Position numbers and translations under genes: made by a program. Below the pieces are notes generated by a model. That model searched no databases, was not told the origin of the DNA, and saw only the letters and a list, made by a program, of their open reading frames with translations. 64,000 nucleotides of DNA from Eledone cirrhosa (Eukaryota): contig OZ024742.1 in assembly GCA_964016885.1 (NCBI GenBank), positions 351,602,001-351,666,000 on the forward strand. Direction: 5' to 3'. Shown here in pieces: positions 37,555 to 50,900 of the stretch. The first letter of the stretch is position 1. Each line of letters opens with the position of its first letter.

Positions 37555-37907
37555 AGATATATGCGTATATTAATTCGTTAACCTCTGTATTAACTCTACA
37601 ACTATTGAGCTTTGACAGTGGTCCCACTCATGTATACTATTGAAGATGAAGAGAAAGACTGTAAAAACTAGCTTATCTTTATAACTTAAAATTGATACAC
37701 ACTACGATACTTTTTGCCTTATGACAGCTGGTTTTCACGCCGTAGCATTAGATACATTATATACCCCCCACCTAAGTAATATCAGGGTCTCCTTAAATAG
37801 TTTATTGATAGCATTGTTGTAATAATTGTTGTTGTTATTGTTCTAATTGAGTGCCATAACTACTCCATATTTTCTTTTATTTTCTTGCCTGTGTATTTTC
37901 TTCATTC

Positions 37908-38025
37908 TCGCATGCTCCGAAGATCTGACTGGTTATAATTCTGTATTGGCGATCGAGTGACGCAAAATTAGGCGGATAGCGATCTCTAGACATACCAGCT
38001 CAGTGAAACAAATGTAAGCTATGTG
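37908..38025 (+). ncRNA. Type I hammerhead-like ribozyme, CCGAAGA (U4C) core, about 60 nt insert in stem II
   Basis: GCAUGCU-CCGAAGA-UCUGACUGGU...ACCAGCUCAGU-GAAA-CAAAUG-UA-AGCUAUGU; mirror at 35803-35919 (minus); homologue at 59577-59685 (minus) ends GAAACAAUUGUC. Confidence 0.6.
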
Positions 38026-38244
38026 ATTAAAAACTTTTTTGTATAGCAAACCATGTAAACCTTCTTTCCTGATTTATTATTACTCCAAGTGTTTACAACA
38101 TAGGAATTACAGCATACCCGCAGCATCACTATGAAAACGCCTTGTTGAGTCAAACCAAGCCAAGCGTTAATATCATCCACTACCTGGAATACCATAACTG
38201 GACTTCACCTAAGTGGACTGCATTTAACTATTATTTGTTAATCA

Positions 38245-38314
<70 letters not shown>

Positions 38315-38659
38315 CTAGGTTTAATGATTAGACATATTTTCAAACATAGTGCATTCTGCGTAAATAACATACACATGTGGTTATTTCTTTCTCGTCGTGA
38401 TAATGGCAGTGACATACTTGTTTCGTTAGCGGGGACGTCATTTGTTATTAGAAGATTGTGTTGTTGGATTTTATATAATAAATTAATGATAGGATTTTTA
38501 TAAAATCCTGGCCAGACATCAAACAATGTGCAGAGCAAAGCAGCACAAGGTTTGCGCAGGAATATAAAAATAACCATTCCATAGTCTAACAAATGTTATA
38601 ACAATAATGAAATGACATTCAGCGTGTTACATACATCTTTCACGATAATAATAATAATG

Positions 38660-38826
38660 ATTTTTTTTTATTAACCACAATGGTTTACATAAAGTAGACA
38701 TTAAGGACAGTGCAGGACAATACAGGACGGTACAAATGGGCATTCCTGCGTGTAAAAAACAAAAACAGAGGATGTAACAAAAATAACAATGAAACATTCC
38801 CCAATAGGGGGGGGGGGGCACTTCGG
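38660..38826 (-). mobile_element. Diverged Tx1-type 3' UTR fragment between (AAT)n runs
   Basis: Reverse complement resembles 53200-53390 and 56600-56826 (GTACCGTCCTGTA, CCCCCTATTGGGGAAT). Confidence 0.6.
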
Positions 38827-38866
<40 letters not shown>

Positions 38867-39844
38867 GAGGAAGGGAAGAAGACGCACGTGGTGGATAGAA
38901 GGGCATGGAATCGCTCCCGTAAGTTTTTGATTTTTAACATATTTAAAACAATTGTGATATAACAATTCTTAGTAAAAATGATACATAAAGCACCAGCCTC
39001 AAGTCTCAGAAAAATTCGGATCCATAATATATTGTTATATCGCTCAAATATTCAATTTTGTATTATACATTTTATATTCAAAAAAGAAAATAGTTATAAA
39101 TGGAAGAAAACACACTCTGTCTACACTATATAGAACAGCCAAATAACAGCAATTTCACCAACACCAGAAACTAGATACACCACCTACCCTATCACCCCTC
39201 TGTGTACACTAAATACTACAGCCAGATAACGGCAATTTCATCACCACCACCACCAATCCCAGCATAATAATAATAATTACTATTATTATTGTCTCAAGTT
39301 TTAACAAAATGTTTAATTCCAATATTAAGATAATATGTCAACACATATTAAACATACGCGACAAACGCATAGATACACAGATCAAACACAACTACAGTAT
39401 ATTCAAAAAAGCTCAGTAACAACAACGTCATCACAATAGTCACCGCCGCCACCACTCCATCCATCATTGCTACCACTATCCCATCACCGCCGCCACCACG
39501 CCTTCATTGCTACCACCACTATTCCCCCATTACCTTCTGTTAACTTAAGAAAGGGGAAGGTGGCGGTATCACTAGACAAGGGAGAGGCTAGCAAAAGATA
39601 TAAATAAATTGACTTAGTGACCCGGCCACCGGCCAAACGTCAATGACTATGGCACTGCTGGATCCCCCTTCCCCACCAACAATAGAAAAAGCCCAAGCAC
39701 CACCACCGACATAGCCACAACAATAACAGGCAAATTCAGCAAAAAGTATATTATACTATTAATAATTTCATTATTAAGCTACGCAATGCTCACATTAAGG
39801 AACCACTCATGATAATAACAATTTAAAAAACAACAAAAAAGAAA

Positions 39845-42800
39845 ACCCCGTGACCAAGAAATACCGGGATGGCGGCCGGCGGTGAATAGCCGTGTTTCTA
39901 GGGGAACATGACCCCTCTAGTCTTGGTTGACACTCGTCCTAGAAGTGTAACACGAAATGATTAGCCCTTGGGGGATGAGGATAAAACGCGACAAAATAAA
40001 GTAAATGTCTAATGATAAAATCTCATACCGGATCGGCCGTCACCCGGGTCAAAAAGGGCCGCGTCCTTCCGAGAGGAACCAGACTGGGGTCGAAAAATCA
40101 GCTAATGGTTCAAACCTTCCCATCACTTCGGAGCTGGAGACCTCCCATAACCAGAATACTCCTACTGTTGGCCCTCCATGCTCACCACCAAGAAATCCAA
40201 AGAAAAAGAGAGAAAAATGGTCAAGGGAAGATAATAAAGAAATCCTTGAGGCTTTCTACACTGCCATGTACTACCCATCAAATACATCGAATACAGAAGA
40301 GACATATATCAACTGGAAAAAGAAACATCCAGAAAACAGAGGCTATATTGACAGTAACAAACTAGCCAATATACGATGATATATTGTAAAAAAAATGTTA
40401 CTAACTAATATGGAAATTGATCAGATCAAGCTATTAGCACAAAGTCAGCGAAGGGAAAATGAAACATGTGTCAGTGAAAACGAGGTAAATTGTAACACTT
40501 CGAATCATAGGGTTGGGGCGGAATCACTGACAACAGAAGAAATTAAAGAAAGGATCGAAGAAGTGGAGGGAGTGCATGCTCAAGATGAAACTCCAAATGA
40601 AAACAATGAGATTGTAAATGATAAAGAAATGAATGAGAATGAACTTGCCATATTGAAGGATGAAATTATGATCGATGGATGAAAATCAAAGAATCTGACA
40701 TGGGGGAACGAGACACCCTCCCTAAGATCCAGAACTCCAAACAGAACCAAAAGATAATACACAAGACTAACATAATTCTCAAAAACATTATCATCACAAA
40801 CAAACTAAACATTACTGATTTAAATCATCTCTATTATGCATCGGCTAAAGTCACCACTCACTTATGTGGAGTGAAGATGAAAAAACAAAGGAATTCCAAC
40901 AAGAAATCTACTTGGCAAGAGAACATCAATCGCCAAATAAACCTTCTCCGATCTGACATAGAAATTTTAATAAACTATAAAGTAGGTGAACATGTTAAAC
41001 AAACTAAACTTAGAAAATTGAAAAGAAAGTACAGGATAAAATCAACAATTGACATAGACATGCTGATTGAAATAATCAAGCAAAATGTGTCGGCCAAAGC
41101 TGCTCGTATAAGGCGCTTTGAAAAACGATCTAGATTCTATAAGGACAATAATATGTTCAAAAACAACCAAGAAACTTCTACAGAAAAATTGGTAAGTCAA
41201 CAATAACTGCTAAATCAATACCACCCAAGGTGGAAGTGCAAGAATTCTGGGAAAAGATCTGGGCCGAAGAAAAAGTTCATAATATACATGCCCCATGGAC
41301 AGACAGACAAATGAAAGATACAGCTCACCTTTAGGAACACATATGGGAACATATAACAGTTGAACAGTTGCGTTTGGCTCTAAGAAAAAACCAGCAAATG
41401 GAAATCCCCAGGAAAAGACGAAATACAAAATTGTTAGCCCAACTTTACAATGAAATAGTTAAGGAACCAGAAAAGATACCATCATGGCTAGTTAACGAAG
41501 AATGATGAGACAAACAATCCCAAAAATTACAGACCGATAACTTGCTTGATCACAATCTATAACATTTTAACATCAGTCGTAAGTGAATATACATATAACC
41601 ACCTGATAACAAATGACCTATTTCCCATTGAGCAGAAAGGGTGTAAACGAGGCTCATATGACTGTAAGGATCAGCTTTTGTTTAACAAAATGATACTGGA
41701 AGATTGTCATAATAGACACAGAAATCTATCAATTGCTTGGATATATTATAAAAAAGCATTCGATAGTTTGCCACACAGTTGGATTGAAAAATGGTTAGAG
41801 ATTTTCAAAATATCCCCCGTTGTCAGGAGGTTTTTATCATTCAGTATGAAGACATGGAAAATGGCACTCCTTTTGAATAGTGAAACAAAATCACTGGAAG
41901 CTGGAGAAGTTAATATTAATTGTGGAATTTTTCAGGGTGACTCTTTATCACCGCTTTTATTCTGCATCGCAATTATACCATTAAGTAAAATTCTCAATGA
42001 AGCAAAACAAGCATATAAAGTCTATGACAAAACCATTAATCCCTTGTTCTACATAGATGACCTGAAACTATTTGCAAAAAATGATGAACAATTGCAAGGG
42101 CTATTAACCACTGTGGAGCAGTTCAGTGATGACATTAAAATGAAGTTTGGACTAGATAAATGCGCCAAAGCAACGTTCACCAGAGGAAAGCTGCTGAAAA
42201 GTTCAGACATTAATCTTGATCGAGGGAATGTGATAAGAGAACTTGATCAAGAGGATACTTACAAATATCTAGGTGTTTGTGAAGGAGACGGAATCAAGCA
42301 CTCGACAATGAGGGAAAGGATAAGGAAGGAATGTTACCGCAGAGTAAGAGCAATCTTAAGAACGGATTGAATGCAAGGAATAGGATCGATGCCATAAACA
42401 CGCTTGCAATACCAGTAGTAACCTACAGTTACAATGTCATCAACTGGTCAAGCACAGAGATCCGTAGGCTCGATACAAAAATTCGAAAATTCTTAACCAT
42501 GCACAGAATGCATCACCCTAAGACAGATACAGATAGAATATATCTCCCTGGGAAAGAAGGAGGACGTGGGTTAATCCAGTTATGCATTGCGTGAAAACTT
42601 CAACAATTGGATTATCTACATATCTAAGGGAATCACATGATTGGATGATCAAACTAGTTTTGAAACACGAAAGCATCAAAAGATCATACACCATTACAAA
42701 AGATGCACAAATATACAGTAATGGACTACACATTTCAGAAGTCCTATGTACTGCTGAAATGGAAAACACAGAAAAAGCAAAGCAGGTAAAAGTAACTGAA

Positions 42801-43745
42801 AAAAAAGAACTGCTACAGAAACTGGCTAAGAAATGGCAAGAAAAGCCTCTGTATGTAAAATATCCTGAACGAGCTAACAATCCTGATGTTGACAAAACTT
42901 TAACCCATCAATGGTTGGCATCACCGGGACTGAAATAGGAAACTGAAGGACTGATTATATCAGCACAAGATCAGTGTCTGCCAACAAAAAATTACCAAGC
43001 CAACATAATAAAAAATGGATGCAGCCCATTATGCCGTGTATGTAAAAAACAACCAGAGACAATTGACCATATAATTTCAATGTGCAGTCCTATAGCTCCA
43101 ACCGAATACCTAAACAGATATGACAAGAGCTGCACAATACATACATTGGATAATGTGTAAGCATTTTGACCTGCCCCATCAAGAGATTTGGTGGGAGCAT
43201 CAACGACCTCCATACTTGAAAAAGATCACATCTCAATCTTGTGGAACTTTAGCATCCAAACAGACCGAAAAATAGATGCAAATAGACCTGATATAATATT
43301 GAAGGACTTTAAAAAGAGGGTATGCCTGCTTATTGATATGTCCGTTCTAATAGACAAGAATGTATCTATAAAAACATTTGAACAATTGAGCAAGTATAAG
43401 GACCTGGAGATAGAAATTGGAAAAATGTGGAAATTGAGAACTAAAACAATACCAGTGGTTGTAGGCGCTCTAGGAATGATACTTAAGAGGTCCAATGATT
43501 ACTTATCGCACATCCAAGGAAAACCACGTATAGGAGAAATACAAAAGATAGTACTAATGGGAACTGCCCATATACTAAGGAAGATTCTGTCAATATAAGT
43601 ACATCACAAGTCTAAACACTAAAGATGCATGTGTGTGTATGTATGTTCTTTCTTGAACAAGGCGGACGTTGTTGTCTCTTGAGGTCACTGGTTGTGACTT
43701 GGTGATAACTCGTATGAACATAAAGCAAGATAAATGCAGCTGTAT
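39845..43745 (+). mobile_element. R4/Dong-clade non-LTR retrotransposon, near full-length, frameshifted
   Basis: N-terminal KWSREDN.EILEAFY; RT QKGCKRGSY, QGDSLSPLLF, YIDDLKLF, YKYLG; CRVC..ETIDHIISMC; RLE RPDII..LIDMSV..KYKDL; (TAA)n tail. Confidence 0.93.
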
Positions 43746-43777
43746 TAATAATGATAATAATAATAATAATAATAATC

Positions 43778-43910
43778 GTTTCTGCTTTTGGCACAAGGCC
43801 AGCAATTATCCAATATCTCACTGGTACTTTACATTATCGACCTCGTAAGGATAAAAGGCAAAGTTAAGCTTGACAGGATTTGAAGTCAGACCGTAAAGAG
43901 CAGTAACATT
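43778..43910 (-). mobile_element. SINE family A, partial
   Basis: Tail-to-tail with the Dong element across (TAA)n. Confidence 0.82.
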
Positions 43911-44864
43911 ATTCTGCAAATGATGACAAGAAGAATTATACGGAGGGGATAATGATATTAATGTTCACTATAAGGTCTATAAACATATAAAAAACGTCTG
44001 ATATGACGGTAATAATGATGATGATGTTGAGGTCGATGATGATAATGATTTTGATATGTCACTTATTTCAGTGAATGGAAACACTTCCACAAACGATCGC
44101 TACAGAAAATCGTTTAAACTTCACCTGCCATAACATTTCACATATAAATTATGAATGAAAAATAAGCGCCTGAGGAAGAAAAAGCAGCAGCATCTCTTTG
44201 GGAAAATGAAAAAAACTAAAATATTAGCCAAAACGTTTGGGAAAATATGTTTATGTATTAATATCCTAACTAGACACATATACGTCTCTGTTGATACAAA
44301 GTACGATTGGCAGTTTATTTGGTTTCTTGTTCGATTCCGCTGTTCCGAGTCTTGGGCTAGATTTGTTCATGCCATAACCATAAATTTATCAACTGCTTAC
44401 AATGAAATTGAATAAGCAGAAAATCTCTTTCCTACGTATACATACATGTGTATACCGGCGTAGTTTCTTTTTCGTAGGTTCGGAATTCTTTCATAGAGAT
44501 AGAAACCTGTAAATGTATAACACATCTGTTAAATACAGATCGAAAATAAAAGGTTTGTGGTAGAGCCTGTACCAGTGGCGAGCCGCGTGAGATAGCGTGT
44601 CTGTTCCGGGGCGCTTTTTGCCTCCAGAGACGGAGGGTAAATTATTTGGAGGTGGAGGATAATCATTTGGACGTCACTTTGTCCCTGTTTCTTTTAGAAA
44701 TCTATTAACTTATCTATCTATTCACATAAGAATATTTGACGGCGCTCCACCACAGTCGTAAACTGAAGGCAATATAATAGTCTCAATATCAGAACACTTA
44801 TTCGCAGGTGTGGCACCATTATCTTCTTCAATAATATAATTATTATTATCTGTTAGATACTTAG

Positions 44865-45250
44865 GGTAGTGTATTGACAGTTACGGCTCTTTACGTTCTT
44901 AGTTCATATCCCACCGAGATTAGCTTTGCCTTTCATCCTAATGACCTCGATAAAATAAAGTACCTGTAACGCACTTGACTCGTCGGCCCTAAAATCGTTG
45001 CAATTGCGTCTAAATCAGAAACCATATTATCGAGCAGATTCTTAGGGGAGTGAATTATCAATATCGGTGGCGAGTCGGACAAAATGATTCTGTTTATTTT
45101 AATAGGAATGTCAAAGGTCTTAGCACAATCTCACTGAGGTCAAACTTGCCGTTCATCCTTCTGCGGTCAGTAAGGTATAGATAAGTTAAATACTGGTGTG
45201 AATGCAATCATCTTAAAATTACTTGCATTGTATCAAAATTAGAAATAATT
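44865..45250 (+). mobile_element. Two old degenerate SINE family A copies
   Basis: Recognisable CTTTGCCTTTCATCCT and CTTGCCGTTCATCCTT cores, with AGAAA ends. Confidence 0.65.
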
Positions 45251-45372
45251 ATCGGTCAGTTTTATATCATTCAACGACCAGATGAATCGCCAAAGGAATG
45301 TAAGATGTTCGCATAAGAATCTATGTGCCTATGTGTAAACACACACACACACACACACACACACAACACACA

Positions 45373-45423
<51 letters not shown>

Positions 45424-45448
45424 ATACCAACACACACACACACACATG

Positions 45449-45674
<226 letters not shown>

Positions 45675-45902
45675 ATATATATATTATTAAAGATTGTTTA
45701 TGAAAGGGGAAGCTAATTGGAACTAAGACAAATAAGTAGAGATACAATGTTTCGACAAATAAATAGAAGGAAATTGATTATTTTTGAAATGTTAGCAGTT
45801 TAAAATTATATTTAAATATATTACAATCCTTGGTGAACAATTCCTAATGGATATTGAACAGGAAATATTATAATAGTAAGTTATTACTTGTGTAATATTA
45901 CT

Positions 45903-45941
<39 letters not shown>

Positions 45942-46019
45942 TCACACATATATATATATATATACATATATGTGTATATATATATTATATATATATATAT
46001 ATAAACACACAATTATATA

Positions 46020-46172
46020 TATATGGACACACTAGAAGAGGGACATGCATTGATGCCCTAATGACAGACACTGGTCTCTGGGGGTCGCCGATCATGGTGC
46101 TGATGATGAAGGCAGTGACCGCTGGAGAGAAATCGTCCATGGATCTTGGGAAACTTACCCGCTCTAGATAGA
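46020..46172 (+). mobile_element. RTE-like 3' end fragment
   Basis: GHTRRG..IDAL..DTGL..DRWREIV-like coding remnant; TAGA tail. Confidence 0.55.
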
Positions 46173-46180
46173 TGGTTATA

Positions 46181-46215
<35 letters not shown>

Positions 46216-46436
46216 GCATATATGCCCCCCCCTCCACACACACAATTGTAGACACATACACAATCACATATATTGTTTTCGAAGATACTCTAGGCTGGTC
46301 CCTATACATAATTAATGCTTGTCTTTGTGTGTGTTATCTTTACAAAACGTTGATATATTTCCGAGACTACACTTTGCAATTAACTAATCATTGCTCGGGA
46401 ATATGTAAGCATCTGTAATTTCAATATTGCTTAATA

Positions 46437-46892
46437 ATTATTTCTAATTTTGGCACTTTGGCAGAAGGACAGCATTTACTCAGTGTATTACTGGTACTTT
46501 ATTTTATCGACGCTGTAAGGATGAAAGGCAATGTTAACCTCGGCTGGGTTTCAACACATACCATAAAGGGCCGTAAGTCTATGCGTCAAAGCATGGCGTC
46601 CCACCATCTACCGATACTGCCAATCCACCAATAATGATCACTGGTGGGGAGCTTGGAGATCTATTTGTGTAATAGTAATTGTTTTTAGGACGGTGGATTG
46701 GCTTAATCAGTGGATTTACGAACAATATGATTTGTGGCATTCAGTTAGGAGTCTTTAAATTCTGAATTGAAATCCCACCGCCGCTAGCTTTCCCTTTCAT
46801 ATTTACGGTGTCGATAAACAAACTACTAGTCATAACTGAGGACGATTTAATCGACTTTACCCTTCCTCTTCCTGCCTAATTTTGAAACAATT
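46437..46892. mobile_element. Head-to-head SINE family A pair (46437-46629 minus; 46687-46892 plus)
   Basis: Two consensus matches in opposite orientation. Confidence 0.8.
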
Positions 46893-47731
46893 ATTATTAT
46901 TATTTTCATGTATAACATGTCAAGAATTTAAATAGGTGTAGTATGTAGGTAGTATTTTATTTTTTCCCACGTGGGGTTTGTAGCCCTTCCATTTCAAGTG
47001 TGCCTGTAATTATAAGGCTCGTGATATTAATCCTTCAACTTTCATATTTCAGGTTTAGCATATTTAAGGAAATTTCTTAGAATCTGATATTGGATTTGTA
47101 AGAATGTAATGAGGAAATTCGAGATGATGTGGCTGTAATGTCTAGCGTGCTGTGATAAAAATGTTGATTAGCAATAATTAAGATACTTTAAAATATCTAA
47201 TAAAGATAATGTGACTAATATCAGTCCAATGTTATGATAAGTATGCGGGTCATCTCAATTAATTATAATATACAACCAGGGCGAATGACAAATCCTAACG
47301 AATTAAACGGAATTTTGGGCAACTCAACTAGCTAATTCATATTTATGTGGTTTATTTTCATATGTCTATCATTGGCAGAGAGCTTAAAAAGTAGAAATGT
47401 ATTCATATTAATCACCAAGAAAAATAAATCAAAAACTGCTTTTACTGCATAGACACATCGTAAAGTACATTCCCAAATTCCCAAACATACATGTAGGTCA
47501 GAACTCTGTGGTTTTACTTGCAGCTCTCAACATATTGGTTGCTTTTGAATAGGAAAAAAAACATTGAACATGTGTAGCATATGAGATATAGTCAATCAGA
47601 ATAGTTATAATGTTTCTATCATTGAGTCCCCCGGGATATACACTGACTCCATAAAGTAAATGAAAATAATTATTTGACATGAAAGATATTGTTTCGTTTT
47701 CAGAATGTATCTGGCATTATTATTATTATTA

Positions 47732-47962
47732 ACCAGTAATGTACTGGTGAATTGCTGGCCTTGTGCCAAAAGTAGAAACAATTATTATTATTATTATTAT
47801 AGGTAGAGGGTCGGAGGCCATGTTTTCCAGAATAGTTACGTCCTTTTATGATCTGAGTTCAAATCCCGCCGAGGTTAACTTTGCCTTTCATCCTTACGGC
47901 TCAATAAAATAAAGTACAATTAATGGGTAATTGCTGTCCTTGTGCCAAATGTAGAAACAACT
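47732..47962 (+). mobile_element. SINE family A 3' fragment plus a near-complete copy
   Basis: Consensus matches separated by (ATT)n. Confidence 0.85.
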
Positions 47963-47974
47963 ATTATTATTATC

Positions 47975-50900
47975 GGTCTGTTCGGACGCTTTTTGCTCGC
48001 TCCCTGTAAGTCGCTTTATTTGCCTGTTAAAATTATTTGTTGTTAAATATTTCTTGTTTTGTAAAGGATATAAGCCCTTAGAATTTGCCCTGTGAAGGGG
48101 AAAGTATAATAGTTGGGCCTTTTGGCCCAAATATTTGAACATTTTACTTTAAAAAAAAAAATAATAATAAAAAATGGCTGAGCCACGAAGCAATATGTCT
48201 GCTGTCGTCTGACAAAGGCGTAAAAGTTGAGAGGAGGGTTTCAAAAATTGTTACAACAGACACTACCACAAACAACGTGAACAAAGACAAGACTGAGAAC
48301 ACTAATTTTGAAAAAGATACCACTCCAACTACAACAATAACAGCGTCAACCAACATACAGACAACAGAATAAAATGACAACAAATACAACAACGATATTA
48401 ACATCACTAACAAGAAAATAAACAACGACAACACCAACAGCAACAATAAAAAAACGCATCGAAAACAACAAGAACGGTGGCACCAAACATAAAACCAACT
48501 ACTACAGTGTTAACAGCAACAACACCGTTTGTAGCAGTAGTCACAGCAACAGCACCAACAAGAAGACCAGTATCGGCAGCATAATGGTGCCGCTGATAAA
48601 GGGGCCACTTTTTCCGTAGTGTGGCTCAAAATATAGAGACAGTGCTAGTCACAGAGGAGGTGATGGCAGTCGCAAGAGCCGTCACATCGGGTGGGGAGAG
48701 CCACGGAGGCTCAAATTAAAAAGGCCTTGGCGTGCGTCTGGTCGCGCAAAAGCCACATCACCCGAGGCAAAAACTACGCCACAGTAGACGTATTTTTCGC
48801 CAACCCCAAAAGGCGAAGTCTCACTCTTGGGAAACCCTAAAGTGTGAGAAGATAGTATTGGTGCCCTCCTAGTGCGGGCAGAAAATGGTGAGGGTCAAAG
48901 TGACCCAGGTCCCTTCCAACGTACCCATATCTTGGCTGGCCGCGTCTGTACTGGCTGGAATCGAGGAGAAGAGCACCATACTGCAAATACAGAGAATGGG
49001 AAGAGAGACCTGGTCAGGAACAGGCATGCAAGTGTTAATACAGACTGACCAGGTGTGCATCGAGGCCATCCCGGACCTCATAGACCTCGAAGAAGGTCTC
49101 CATCTCCCTATAATCGTGGAAGGACGGCGCCCAAAGTGCTGTCTATGTGGGCAGAAGGGTCATCTCACCGCCTTCTGCAGGCAGAAGACATCCTAGAAGA
49201 GGCCCCTCCTCCTTCAAACGCCTGATCCGCTGCTACCAAGAGCAGGGCAGGCAACAGAGGCAGAGGGCCCTTCCATGGTGCGTAGGATGGCAACGTCCGT
49301 GGCACCCATAACAGGGCCATGGACAACTAAAGTAGCGGCAGCAGGGGCGGCAACAGCAGGGGCGGCAACAGCAACAGCCGCAGTAGCTACGACGGCGGTA
49401 AATCGCCGGAGCGGACTTCACTACCACCACCAACAGCAGTGGAGCTCATGCCATTCCTGGACGGCGCGGGGTCCGACATGGAGTGTGAGGCTGGAGGGAA
49501 GTAGAAAACGGTCTGCCACAAAAAGCAAAAAACAAAAACCCCTTAGCTTCACCCCCCAAATGCGAAGGCACACAAAGAGGGGTAAAGGCTGCAAGAAGAC
49601 TTGTAGCAACACCACCATCATCCTTATACCACCACACATATCAACATCAACAACAACCACACCACAACCAGTATCACCAATAACACCAACATCGCAAACT
49701 CAACAAAACACACACCCAACGGCAACAACATCGTCCCACCACCCAAAGGTACACAGCCATAAACATGGCAAATAAAGAACTTCTACAACACATAAAGCAG
49801 CACACATACATCACCACAAAAACAACTATTAAACCCCACCAACACCAATAACTCTCCCGACAAACATATGCATTTGAAATCTCAATAGAACAGTACAAAC
49901 TTTCCAAGCAAACATTCCCCAACGCAGTTGGAGACTTAAGAGGATCGGTTACCAAGAGGATATACACCGTTATCCTCTTGGAAACACCCATGACCAGCCA
50001 AATGGACGGTTCTACTGTCCCTTCACCACACTATCAATGTAAGTGATCCTTTCTCACTTACCCCGTTTCTCATCCAACATGGCCGTACTTAGAATAGACA
50101 GTATAAATGTACGTGGCCTGGGGTCATCTTGGAAGCAGGGTCACCTGCTCAATGACCTCAGGTCACTAAACATAGATGTGGTGGCCATCAGCGAGACCAG
50201 AATCTCTGAAGCACGAGCCTTCGCACCGATCTTCGGCGGCTACAATGTATACGCATCTCCGAGCCGTCCAGGAACGGTGGGAGGGGCTGCCTTGCTTTTT
50301 TCAGAGAAGCTTGGATATCGCCATACGGTCCATCTTCCTGGACCCAGAAGGTAAGTCGGTGGTGCTGGACGTGACCGGCAGCAAAGGCAATGCTTTCACA
50401 CTAGAAGCCGTCTACGCCCCAACAGGGGCAGGACGGCCAGATGTCTCCATACCTCTAGAGACCTTTCTTGGACGTCCCGCTCTTTAGTGTTAGTGGGTGA
50501 CTGGAACGGTATCTGAGATGCACGCTGGGATTATGTGGGGCTAGCAGACAAGGCAGGAGGGTATAAAAGCCTCAACAACCTGCTCAGACGTTTTGTTCGG
50601 GTTATCCAAGCGTGTGTTGACAGGTGAAATCATCAAAAACAGGTGGTTGTTCGCACTGAAAAGGGCAATTAGAATATAATCTATAAGGTTTAGCAAAGGA
50701 GTAGTGATAGAGTAGAGATAGAGTAGTGATAGAGGAAAATAGAGTAGAGGGAGAGCTAGTCAGAAATCTAGAAGAGGCGTTTAGGACAGGCATCGCATGC
50801 GGAGACGTGCATGCGGTGATATTGGCATTCTACCAATTCTTCAACGCAAAGCATGAAGGCTGCGTTGTCAGAGCTAGAAGGCGTGCTATAAGACACGAGG

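Larger units (their letters stand above)
35753..38240 (+). mobile_element. Penelope-like retroelement 3: about 1 kb inverted pLTR, GIY-YIG fragment, 3' UTR and tail
   Basis: 35753-36740 is a near-perfect reverse complement of about 37064-38075; (TA)n on both sides. Confidence 0.92.

Noticed and set aside
44540-44820. Small GC-richer patch, possible promoter or exon
   Set aside because: No ORF, splice pattern or repeat evidence to support a call
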